Assembly (NCBI GenBank): GCA_031371785.1
Contig: JANMKC010000018.1
Span: 4,266 to 68,265, forward strand
Length of the DNA: 64,000 bases
Origin: Flavobacteriales bacterium
GTDB taxonomy: Bacteria; Bacteroidota; Bacteroidia; Flavobacteriales_F; PHOS-HE28
Direction of reading: 5' to 3'
Part shown: piece after piece, positions 1 to 8,900 of the stretch
How the letters are laid out: the number at the start of each line of letters is the position of its first letter
Numbering within the stretch: the stretch's first letter is position 1
Position numbers and translations under genes: made by a program
The notes under the pieces: generated by a model
What the model was told of the DNA's origin: nothing
What the model saw: the letters and a program-made list of their open reading frames with translations, nothing else
The model's database searches: none

Positions 1-229
1 CCTCGAACTAGGTGAACTGATGTGCATGGATGCACTGGAGCGCAACGAAAGTTGCGGCGGTCACTTCCGCGAGGAGTTCCAAACCCCGGATGGTGAAGCG
101 CTGCGGGATGATGCGAAATACGCGCACGTCTCCGCATGGGAATGGACGGGAGATGCTGGTACTGCGAACCTGCACAAAGAGCCCTTGCAATTCGATGTGG
201 TGAAACTGACGCAACGCAGCTATAAGTAA
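1..229 (+). CDS. sdhA: succinate dehydrogenase/fumarate reductase flavoprotein subunit, C-terminal fragment (5' end outside window)
   Basis: C-terminal motif ...[24 protein letters not shown]... is typical of SdhA/FrdA; the gene is followed by an sdhB-like gene. Confidence 0.85.
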   Translation, partial: LELGELMCMDALERNESCGGHFREEFQTPDGEALRDDAKYAHVSAWEWTGDAGTANLHKEPLQFDVVKLTQRSYK

Positions 230-240
230 TTAGGGTGATG

Positions 241-312
241 GAAGGGATAGAGGTAAGGGAGGTAAGGGAAGTAAGGGAGGCAATGGAGGTAAGGGAAGAA
301 ATGGATGTCAAG
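241..312. repeat. purine-rich GGTAAGGGA(A/G)G repeat block; left arm of an inverted repeat flanking the 330-794 gene
   Basis: gtaagggaagaaatggatgt at 286-308 matches the reverse complement of 808-830 at 21 of 22 positions; GGTAAGGGA units are reiterated. Confidence 0.7.
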
Positions 313-329
313 TACCAAGCACGGCGACC

Positions 330-794
330 ATGAACACAACCAACGATCCGACGGTCAGGGATTGGAACATCGAAGGCTATTTCGAAATGGGTGAGACGAT
401 TTCGGTTGTGGCCGAACCGGATGGCCGAAAGGTGAATGGTTTCAAGGATCTATGGGTGTGGCAGCAAGGCATGGTGCTGACGAACAAAGTCTATTCGCCC
501 ACGCGGAAATTTCCCAAAGAGGAGATGTACGGCCTAACATCGCAGTTGCGCCGAGCTTCTGTATCCGTTCCTTCCAATGTTGCTGAAGGCTGGGCGCGCA
601 ATCGAGTCGGCTTCTTTCAAATGGGACTGACCTATGCGCGCGGCTCTATCGCCGAGATCGAAACGCAACTCCTGATCGCCATCGATCAGCAATTCATCAC
701 CCCAGAAGAAACGAAGCCGGTCATCGATCTCTTGAACGGCCTCAGTTCGGCCTTGCTCAAATTCATCACCAAGCTGGATGTGAAGAGGCGATGA
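330..794 (+). CDS. four-helix-bundle protein (23S rRNA intervening-sequence protein family, PF05635-like)
   Basis: KDLWVWQQGMVL...KFPKEEMYGLTSQLRRASVSVPSNVAEG...ARGSIAEIETQLLIAIDQQFI matches the family signature; the first ~40 codons may not be translated. Confidence 0.85.
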   Translation: MNTTNDPTVRDWNIEGYFEMGETISVVAEPDGRKVNGFKDLWVWQQGMVLTNKVYSPTRKFPKEEMYGLTSQLRRASVSVPSNVAEGWARNRVGFFQMGLTYARGSIAEIETQLLIAIDQQFITPEETKPVIDLLNGLSSALLKFITKLDVKRR

Positions 795-799
795 GGGCG

Positions 800-839
800 C
801 TCCTCCCTTACATCCATCTCTTCCCTTACTTCCCTTACC
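800..839. repeat. right arm of the inverted repeat (CTTCCCTTAC units) flanking the four-helix-bundle gene
   Basis: reverse complement ggtaagggaagtaagggaagagatggatgt matches the left arm. Confidence 0.7.
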
Positions 840-1589
840 ATGAAACTGAATCTGAAGATCTGGCGCCAGAAAGGTCCGAACGACAAGGGCCAGATGAAGG
901 ACTATCCCGTGAGCAACGTGTCCGAGGACATGTCCTTCCTCGAGATGCTCGACGTGCTGAACGACGAGATCATTAGAAAGGGTGACGATCCGATCGCCTT
1001 CGATCACGATTGCCGCGAAGGCATCTGCGGAAGTTGCAGCCTCTTCATCAATGGCGAAGCGCATGGTCCGGGTCGCGGGATCACCACTTGCCAGTTGCAC
1101 ATGCGCAGGTTCACGGATGGCGACACCATCCATGTGGAACCTTGGCGCGCCAAGGCGTTCCCGGTGATCAAGGATCTTGCGGTGGATCGTGGCGCCTTCG
1201 ATCGTATTCAAGCGGCCGGCGGTTTCGTGAGCGTGAACACGAGCGGCAACCTCGTCGATGGCAATGCGGTGCCGATCCCGAAGGATGATGCTGATAAGGC
1301 CTTTGATGCTGCTACATGCATTGGCTGCGGCGCTTGCGTCGCGACTTGCCCGAACGGATCAGCGATGTTGTTCGTTGCGGCGAAAGTCTCACAATTCGCA
1401 TTGTTGCCCCAAGGCCGTCCTGAAGCCAAGTCGCGCGCGCTGGCGATGGTGGAGCAGATGGACAAGGAAGGCTTCGGCAATTGCAGCAACACAGGCGCGT
1501 GCGAGATCGAGTGCCCGAAGAACATCAGCTTGGAGCACATTGCGCGGATGAACAGGGAGTACTTGGCAGCGACGTTGACGAAGGAGTGA
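840..1589 (+). CDS. sdhB: succinate dehydrogenase/fumarate reductase iron-sulfur subunit
   Basis: 2Fe-2S and 4Fe-4S cysteine clusters: [37 protein letters not shown]. Confidence 0.9.
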   Translation: MKLNLKIWRQKGPNDKGQMKDYPVSNVSEDMSFLEMLDVLNDEIIRKGDDPIAFDHDCREGICGSCSLFINGEAHGPGRGITTCQLHMRRFTDGDTIHVEPWRAKAFPVIKDLAVDRGAFDRIQAAGGFVSVNTSGNLVDGNAVPIPKDDADKAFDAATCIGCGACVATCPNGSAMLFVAAKVSQFALLPQGRPEAKSRALAMVEQMDKEGFGNCSNTGACEIECPKNISLEHIARMNREYLAATLTKE

Positions 1590-1657
1590 GCGATGGCCTT
1601 GGACGTTTGTTCCCGATCGGGGCCCGGCTATCTTTCGCACGAGCAACATCCTCTCCC

Positions 1658-3085
1658 GTGAAGCGGTATTCCCATCTTTTCATTCTCTGGCTTTTGCAAG
1701 GAACAGGTTCCGCGCAGACGCCCGAGCTATGGGGCATGACCTCTGGCGGAGGCACCAACCACCTCGGCAGCATATTCAGGATCTTCGGTGATGGCAGCGG
1801 GTACGAGACCATCTTCTCCTTCGACTCGCTCTCCGGCTACGGGCCGGAAGGCAGCTTGTGCCTGGCGAACGACGGGCTGCTCTACGGGATGACACGCTTC
1901 GGTGGGTTGTCCGACAGCGGCGCGGTATTCCGGATCGATCCAACCACAGGCGTGTACGACAAACTGCTCGACCTCCACGACACCATCGGCGCACATCCGT
2001 ACGGCGACCTGATGCAGGCGAGTGATGGTCTGCTTTATGGCATGACCTACGAGGGCGGGAATTGGCATCAAGGCACCTTCTTCAGCTATGAGATCGCCAC
2101 GGGCATGCATACTCGGCTGATCGACTTCACGGGCTACCTCGGCGCTTATCCGTTCCAGAGCGTGGTGCAGTCACCGGGGAACGGCAAACTCTACGGGATC
2201 ACCCGGTCGGGTGGCTACTTCAACAAGGGTTGCGTATTCAGCTATGACCTGGCAACCGGTCACGCGGAGCACGAGTTCTACGGCTTCGATGACCTGGTGG
2301 GAAAGTATCCCACGGGCAACCTGTGCATGGCCCCCAACGGATACTACTACGGCACTACCTCACAAGGCGGCCCTTGGCTCCAGGGGAACGTGTTCCGGTT
2401 CGATTCCACGGCGAACGAATGTGTGAACACCTACACGTTCCATGGCGTGTACGGCTCGGATCCGGAGGGAAGTCTGGTCGTTGGTGCGGATGGCAAACTA
2501 TACGGAACCACCGGTGGCGGCGGCGATCATGGCTATGGTACGCTATTCCGTTTCGCCACGTCGAGCAACGTGTTCGAGATCCTCCATGATTTCGGCGACG
2601 GCGGTACGGACGGTCTCGGGCCAAAAGGCAGCCTGCTGCTCGCAAGCGATGGGAACATGTACGGCACGACTTCGACCGGGTACGTCGGAGTGTCCGGTTC
2701 GGTCTTCAAATACGATCCAGGCGCGAACGCTTACTCCGTCATCCATCTTTTTGATGAGCCGGAAACAGCCCGGCCAGAAGGCAGCCTGATCGAAGTGAAC
2801 GCGCCGAACAGCATGGATGAAGCGGGCAGAGAACAAGCCGGGCTCGAAGTGTACCCGGATCCTACATCCGGGCCAGTGGTGGTGCGTTCCTCGAACGATG
2901 CCGGACGGATCCGGAACGTGCGGCTTTTCGACCTGCTCGGAATAGAGTTGATCGTTCCGGGAACCCGGGTGGTGATCGCACGGGCCTCCTTGGAACTGGA
3001 CCTCACAGGACTTGCGTCGGGCCAATACGTGGTGAAGGCGATTGTGGACGATGGTATCCGAAGATGCAAGGTGATGAAGGAGTAA
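1658..3085 (+). CDS. secreted repeat protein (GloVer-type G..LYGTT..GG repeats) with a T9SS type A C-terminal sorting domain
   Basis: GTG start gives a signal peptide KRYSHLFILWLLQGTGSAQ; at least 7 reiterated ...G(K/L)LYG(T/M)T..GG..G.G..F... units; C-terminus VYPDPTSG...VRLFDLLG...VVKAIVDDG is typical of a T9SS type A domain. Confidence 0.7.
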   Translation: MKRYSHLFILWLLQGTGSAQTPELWGMTSGGGTNHLGSIFRIFGDGSGYETIFSFDSLSGYGPEGSLCLANDGLLYGMTRFGGLSDSGAVFRIDPTTGVYDKLLDLHDTIGAHPYGDLMQASDGLLYGMTYEGGNWHQGTFFSYEIATGMHTRLIDFTGYLGAYPFQSVVQSPGNGKLYGITRSGGYFNKGCVFSYDLATGHAEHEFYGFDDLVGKYPTGNLCMAPNGYYYGTTSQGGPWLQGNVFRFDSTANECVNTYTFHGVYGSDPEGSLVVGADGKLYGTTGGGGDHGYGTLFRFATSSNVFEILHDFGDGGTDGLGPKGSLLLASDGNMYGTTSTGYVGVSGSVFKYDPGANAYSVIHLFDEPETARPEGSLIEVNAPNSMDEAGREQAGLEVYPDPTSGPVVVRSSNDAGRIRNVRLFDLLGIELIVPGTRVVIARASLELDLTGLASGQYVVKAIVDDGIRRCKVMKE

Positions 3086-3210
3086 GACCTTCGTCCGGCA
3101 ACAACGGGAACGTGGCGCACGTCATTTCGATCATCGGAACATGGATGGCGGAAGCCGGTCGGCTTAGTTTCGGCCCAAATGTCCTCCATCACATCGGGCC
3201 GACCGATCCA

Positions 3211-3260
3211 GAGCAAACTCCCCCACGTTCGCACCACCCTCTTCACGGTGATGAGCAAGC
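3211..3260. repeat. degenerate upstream copy of the aminotransferase 5' coding end (direct repeat, copy 1)
   Basis: 47 of 50 nt identical to 3995-4044 (gagcaaactcccccacg...cttcacggtgatgagcaagc). Confidence 0.8.
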
Positions 3261-3299
3261 CGGTCGGCAACGGCGCAGCGGTCGCTCATACCTTTGAAC

Positions 3300-3755
3300 A
3301 TGCGCTTGTACTTGGACACTTCGGTTTACGGCGGCTACTTCGAGCCTGAGTTCGAGAAGTGGACGAAGCCGCTTTTCCAAAAGATCATGGACGGCGATCA
3401 CAAGTTGCTGCGTTCGCCATTGGTGGATATTGAATTGCAGGGTGCGCCAGTCCATGTCCGGAACCTCTTGACGGTGATACCTCAACGTTGTGTGGAACAT
3501 ATAGAAACCGGCAAGCAAGTGGATGACCTTGCCTTGGAATACGTCAAGGCCAAGGTTGTCGGAGAGACCAGTTTCACCGACTGCCAACACATCGCGTTGG
3601 CCACGCTCGTTCACGCGGATGTCCTCATCAGCTGGAACTTCAAGCACATCGTGAACGTGCCGCGTATCCGTGGTTACAACTCCGTGAACATGCGGCTTGG
3701 ACTTGGCCTGTTGGAGATGCGCACACCCATTGAACTTTTTGCACATGGCAGCTAA
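3300..3755 (+). CDS. PIN-like domain protein, possible toxin
   Basis: N-terminal LYLDTSVYGG (first PIN acidic residue), later acidic positions LVDIEL, TDCQHIALA, and a C-terminal WNFKHIV motif; TTG at 3294 or ATG at 3300. Confidence 0.5.
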   Translation: MRLYLDTSVYGGYFEPEFEKWTKPLFQKIMDGDHKLLRSPLVDIELQGAPVHVRNLLTVIPQRCVEHIETGKQVDDLALEYVKAKVVGETSFTDCQHIALATLVHADVLISWNFKHIVNVPRIRGYNSVNMRLGLGLLEMRTPIELFAHGS

Positions 3756-3963
3756 ACCGAACATCCAAGGGTCCATGATGGAAGATCTGCGATCTCTCCG
3801 CGACGTGCTGAACAAGAAGCTTCTGGCAATGTCGCCGGAAGAGCGCATCGCCTACATCAATTCCCTCGGCGCGATCGACCCGACGAAGAAAAAGCCCCGC
3901 GTGGTGAAGCGAGCAAGGCCCGTGGTCAAGCGCAGGCGTACCGCAGCCAAGCAACGCGCATGA
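3745..3963 (+). CDS. small protein with a basic C-terminal tail, possible antitoxin or partner of the PIN protein
   Basis: MAAKPNIQGSMMEDLRSLRDVLNKKLLAMSPEERIAYINSLG...KRARPVVKRRRTAAKQRA; overlaps the 3' end of the PIN gene by 11 nt. Confidence 0.4.
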   Translation: MAAKPNIQGSMMEDLRSLRDVLNKKLLAMSPEERIAYINSLGAIDPTKKKPRVVKRARPVVKRRRTAAKQRA

Positions 3964-5126
3964 TCGTTCGTTCTTCTGCTTTGCCCGTCGTGAAGAGCAA
4001 ACTCCCCCACGTCGGCACCACCATCTTCACGGTGATGAGCAAGCTGGCGCAGGAGTGCGACGCCATCAATCTGAGCCAGGGCTTTCCGGATTTTCCGATC
4101 GACGAGAAACTGAGCGACCTCGTGCATGCCGCTATGAACGCGGGTCACAACCAGTACGCGCCCATGCCGGGCCTGCCCGCGTTGCGCGAGGCGATCGCTG
4201 CGAAAGTGGAACGGCTCTATGGCTTCAGCTATGATGTGGAGACGGAAGTCACGGTGACGGCCGGTGGAACGCAAGCCATTTTCACGGCGATCGGTGCGGT
4301 GGTGCAACGCGGTGATGAAGTGATCATCGTGGACCCTGCGTACGACTGCTATGCACCGACGGTGGAACTCTTCGGAGGAACGCCCGTGCATGTGCGGCTT
4401 GGTGGCAATATGAAGTTCGATGCCGATGCGGTGCAACGGGCCATCACACCGAAGACGCGCGTGCTGATGATCAACACGCCGCACAATCCGGCTGGTACGA
4501 TCCTGCGCGACGCGGACATGAAGCGCATCGCCGATATGCTGCGCGGCACGGACATCATCCTGTTGAGCGATGAAGTGTACGAGCATCTCATCTTCGAGAA
4601 CGAGGAGCACGCTTCGGTGATCCGCTATCCGGAGCTGCGCGAACGCGCCTTCGTGATCTTCAGCTTCGGCAAGGTGTTCCACGCCACCGGCTGGAAAATG
4701 GGCTATGCGCTCGCGCCGAAAGAGTTGATGACGGAGTTCCGGAAAGTGCACCAGTTCAATGTGTTCAGCGTGAACACCCCGATACAGCACGCGCTCGCCG
4801 AATACCTCAAGGACCCGATGAACTACGAGGGCGTGTCCAGCTTCTACGCCGACAAGCGCGACCGCTTCCTGATCGGTCTGCGCGTATCGCGCTTCACGCC
4901 ACTGGCCTGCGAAGGCAGTTACTTCCAACTGGCCGACTACAGCCGCATCAGCGATGAACCTGATATCGATTTCGCGAAGCGCTTGACGAAGGAGTTCGGT
5001 GTCGCCGCGATCCCGATCAGTGTGTTCTACAAGGATCCACCGAAGGACCAACGCATCCTGCGCTTCTGTTTCGCGAAAGAGGGTGAAACGCTGGACAACG
5101 CCATCGAGAAGCTATGCGCGATCTGA
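3960..5126 (+). CDS. ybdL: PLP-dependent aminotransferase, class I/II (YbdL-like methionine aminotransferase)
   Basis: TTIFTVMSKLAQE...NLSQGFPDFP...YAPMPGLPALREAIA...SFGKVFHATGWKMGY (PLP-binding lysine context). Confidence 0.85.
   Translation: MIVRSSALPVVKSKLPHVGTTIFTVMSKLAQECDAINLSQGFPDFPIDEKLSDLVHAAMNAGHNQYAPMPGLPALREAIAAKVERLYGFSYDVETEVTVTAGGTQAIFTAIGAVVQRGDEVIIVDPAYDCYAPTVELFGGTPVHVRLGGNMKFDADAVQRAITPKTRVLMINTPHNPAGTILRDADMKRIADMLRGTDIILLSDEVYEHLIFENEEHASVIRYPELRERAFVIFSFGKVFHATGWKMGYALAPKELMTEFRKVHQFNVFSVNTPIQHALAEYLKDPMNYEGVSSFYADKRDRFLIGLRVSRFTPLACEGSYFQLADYSRISDEPDIDFAKRLTKEFGVAAIPISVFYKDPPKDQRILRFCFAKEGETLDNAIEKLCAI
3995..4044. repeat. direct repeat copy 2 (the functional 5' coding end of the aminotransferase gene)
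   Basis: see 3211-3260. Confidence 0.8.
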
Positions 5127-5908
5127 GGGTGACGCTCGTGCAGAACATGCTGCACTGGGAAGATGCGGCAACGAACCGTGCCATGTTCGCGGAGAAGCTC
5201 GCCGCATTGAAGGGCACCACGGACCTCATCGTGCTACCGGAAATGTTCACGACCGGTTTCAGCATGCGCAGCAGGGAACTCGCGGAGACAATGGATGGCG
5301 TTACCGTGAAGTGGATGATTGAGCAGGCGCTTGCATTGAACGCCGCGATCTATGGCAGTGTGATCATCGCCGACGGCGGCAACCATTTCAATCGCGGGCT
5401 GTTCGTTACGCCGTCAGGACAAGTCACAGCATACGACAAGCGCCACCTCTTCCGCATGGCGGAGGAGAAGGACAACTATGCGCGCGGCGACAAACGTGTG
5501 ATCGTGGAACTGAACGGCTGGCGGATCCTCTTGCAAGTGTGCTACGACCTTCGCTTTCCCGTCTTCGCACGCTCCCGCAGTATTGCGGGACGCAGCGACT
5601 ATGACGCGATCATCTACGCGGCCAACTGGCCGGAGGCTCGGCGTTACCCATGGAGCCAATTGCTGATCGCCCGCGCGATCGAGAACCAGTGCTGTGTGAT
5701 CGGCGTGAACCGCGTGGGCATGGATGGAAAAGGACACCACTACACAGGCGATTCCGTGGCGATCGATGCGAAAGGACAGGTGTTCGCTTCGTGCGATGCG
5801 GGCCAGGAACGTATCATCACTTGCTTGCTCGATCGCGCTGCGCTCGACGACTTCCGTGAGAAGTTCCCGGTGGAAAAAGACGCTGACGATTTCGAACTGC
5901 GCCTTTAG
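5114..5908 (+). CDS. yafV: carbon-nitrogen hydrolase family amidohydrolase (YafV-like omega-amidase)
   Basis: nitrilase-superfamily E-K-C catalytic triad contexts (PEMFTTGF..., KRHLF, CYDLRFP); 13-nt overlap with the upstream aminotransferase gene. Confidence 0.85.
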   Translation: MRDLRVTLVQNMLHWEDAATNRAMFAEKLAALKGTTDLIVLPEMFTTGFSMRSRELAETMDGVTVKWMIEQALALNAAIYGSVIIADGGNHFNRGLFVTPSGQVTAYDKRHLFRMAEEKDNYARGDKRVIVELNGWRILLQVCYDLRFPVFARSRSIAGRSDYDAIIYAANWPEARRYPWSQLLIARAIENQCCVIGVNRVGMDGKGHHYTGDSVAIDAKGQVFASCDAGQERIITCLLDRAALDDFREKFPVEKDADDFELRL

Positions 5909-8900
5909 CGCATGATCGTGACGTGGCCCATCTGGTTCTGCTCGAACCCTTCGGTGCCGTCCCGCTTCTCGATGAACTTGTAGCCCATCCGCCATACATA
6001 CACATCGTTGGGCGCTTCGGCACCGTTCACCTTCCCATCCCAACCCAGCGCAGGGTTGTCGGTATGGAAGATGACCGCGCCCCAGCGATCGAATACGTTG
6101 ATCTCGAACTGGCCGATGCTCTTTCCGACAACGTACCACACGTCGTTGATGCCGTCACCATTCGGTGTGAATGTGTTAGGCACATAAATGCTCGGCGGAC
6201 AGAACTCGTTGACCACCGCTGAATCCTGCTGGCTGCAATCGAACTGGTTGGTGATGCTGACATAGTACCAACCGTATGCTCCCGCAAGGATCACTTGCGT
6301 GTTCTCACCGGTGCTCCAATCGTAGTCGCTGCCATTGTTGCCCCCGCTGATCACCACGTAGTGCGGCTCTTCATCCAGACAGGTGAAGTACGCATGTGTG
6401 CTGAGACGTGAAGGTCGTGGATTGAACGTGGCGAAGAGGCTGTCCGCGCCAGTACAGAAACCGTTGTTCACCTGCACACTGTACGTTCCGGTATGCGCGA
6501 CGGAAATGCCTTGGGTATGCTCGCCGGTGCTCCAACTGAAAGCAGCACCGGGATTCCCGGCGTCGATGTCAAGGATGTCCCCTTGGCACAATACGGTATC
6601 GCGTCCGAGGTCCACCAACGGATAGCCAACGAGGGTTATGACCGCATCAAAACTGCTGCTGCAATGAGCGCTGTTGGTAACAACCACCGTGTATGTACCT
6701 GATGCATTGGCCAGGATCTGCTGCGTCGCCGCATTCGTATTCCACAGGTAGGTGCAACCCGCGTTGCCCGCGTCGAGCGTTACGGGTTGATCGATGCAGG
6801 AGGTGTGGTCGGCAAGCACATCCAGGGGAGAAGCGATCACCGCCAGCGTGATGGAATCACTGGCCGAACATCCGCCATTGCTGGCTTGCACGCTGTATGT
6901 GCCGCCGGTGGTCGCACTGATCGATTGGGTGTGCGCGCCGGTATTCCATGAATAACTGAGGCCGGGCACGCCTGCATCGAGCAGCAGTGACTGGCCTTGG
7001 CAAAGCGTGGTGTCCGGGCCGAGATCAAGGACGAGTACGGGCAGAAGCAGCACGTTCGCATCGAAGGTGGTGCTGCATTGTTGTGGTGTAGTGACGGTGA
7101 CACCATAGGTTCCGCTCTCCTGGACGATGATGCTCTGCGACATCGCTCCTGTGCTCCACAAGTAGGTGCAACCGGCATTGCCCGCATCCAGCGTCGGTGG
7201 TGCACTGACGCAGGTGGTCACATCCTGCAACACATCGATCGGCATCGCATTGAAGGCCACATGCACGGAGTCGGCACGATGACATCCTTGTGCGCTCGTC
7301 GCCGTCACACTGTAGGTGTTCGTCTGCGCCACGGTGATCTGTTGCGTGTTCTCGCTGGTGCTCCATAGCACGCCATTGCCGGGGCTGTTGGCGTCGAGCA
7401 CGAACGAATTCGCGCCGCACAGCGACGTATCAGGACCCAGCTCAAGGGCTGGCAGTGGGTGGATCGTGACGAAATAACTCTTCACCGCTTGGCAGCCCTG
7501 CTGATCGGTGATGGTGCAGATGTAGTTGCCCGATGTGGAGACCACGATGGTCTGCGACGTTTCATTGGTGTTCCAGTCATAGCTCGAACCGGGGAATTCG
7601 GCATCGAGGACGAGGCTTTGATCCGCGCAAGCGGAAAGGGTGATCGGAGTGATCATCGTGTCGAACGCATCGTTCACGCTCACCGAATCGCTCACGCCGC
7701 AGCCGAACGCATCGGTCACGGACACATGGTAGGTGGCTGTGGTATCGAAGAGGATCGTCGGGGACTGGATGTTCCCGGCGTTGAGCAAAGCGGCATCCGT
7801 CCACGTGATCGTCGGCGAGGGCACGTTGTTGATCACGTTCAACTGGAAGCCGTTCGTGTTGCAAAGGGTCTGGTCGTTACCGGCATCGATGGTATAGGCC
7901 GGGCTCACATCGATCGTGATCGCATCGCTGAGCGAGCAGCCGCTGGCGGTTTCGGTGGCGGTAGCGGTATAGGTCGTGTTCGCGGCAGGTGTCGCTGTGG
8001 TGTTCGGTGCGGTAAGGCTGCTGAGCGTGCTGTTGTTCGGTGTCCAAACGAGGCTGTATGGCGAACCACCGATCACGGTGGCTGTGAGCTGGCTGTGTTC
8101 GCCTTGGCAGAGATGCGGGTCGGTCGCGGCGACATCGATGCTTTGCAGCTGTCCCACGGTGATCGTCACTTGTGCATTGTCAGTGCAACCATGGTCCGTT
8201 GTGGCGTTCACCGTGTAAGTGGTGGTGGCCGCAGGTGTCGCGATGGGGTTGGCGATGGCCGCATTGTTCAGGCTGCCGTTGTTCGGGGTCCATGCATAGG
8301 TGACCCCGGTTCCCGAAGTCGGTGTGGCCTGCAATTGCACAGGTGTTCCTGCGGTGCAGATGGTGCTGTTCCCGCCCGTTACCACATCGAAGGCCGGAGC
8401 GACATTGATCGCGATCGAAGCGCTGAACTGGCAACCGCTCGCGTTCGTGGCGACTGCCGTGTAGGTCGTATTGCTCAACGGGGTTGCCAACGGCGTCGCC
8501 GATGTGCTGTTGTTCAACCCTGTTGTTGGCGACCAAGAGAAAGAGATCCCCGTATTGTCATAACGCGTGATCATCACGTTGTCGAGCGCCCAGTTGTCGG
8601 TGCCCGCGCCGGAGTTGTTCAGTTGCGTCCATCGGAAGCGGGTGCTCGTGGTCTGCGCGGCGGAAGGCACAGCCACGGTCACGTTGGTCCAGTTGGGAAA
8701 GGCCGCTTCGTTGAGCGTGGTGATCGGCGACCACGCCACACCGTCCGGACTGTACTCGATAAGCACATCGTCCCCCGGCTCGGCATCATCGCATGGCGGA
8801 GCGCCTGCCGCGATCCGCAGGCCGAAATGCAGGAACGCACCAGTGCTCATGTTCAAGGGACCTGTCAGCGCGCGACGCGTTCCGGCACCATCGAAGCGCA

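Noticed and set aside
534-1211. 225-aa ORF on the minus strand overlapping the four-helix-bundle gene and sdhB
   Set aside because: Antisense shadow ORF; the plus-strand genes have clear family signatures. Long spurious ORFs are expected on the opposite strand of GC-rich coding sequence.
3852-5051. 399-aa minus-strand ORF across the aminotransferase gene
   Set aside because: Antisense to a confidently identified aminotransferase; Arg/His-rich low-complexity translation typical of GC-rich shadow frames
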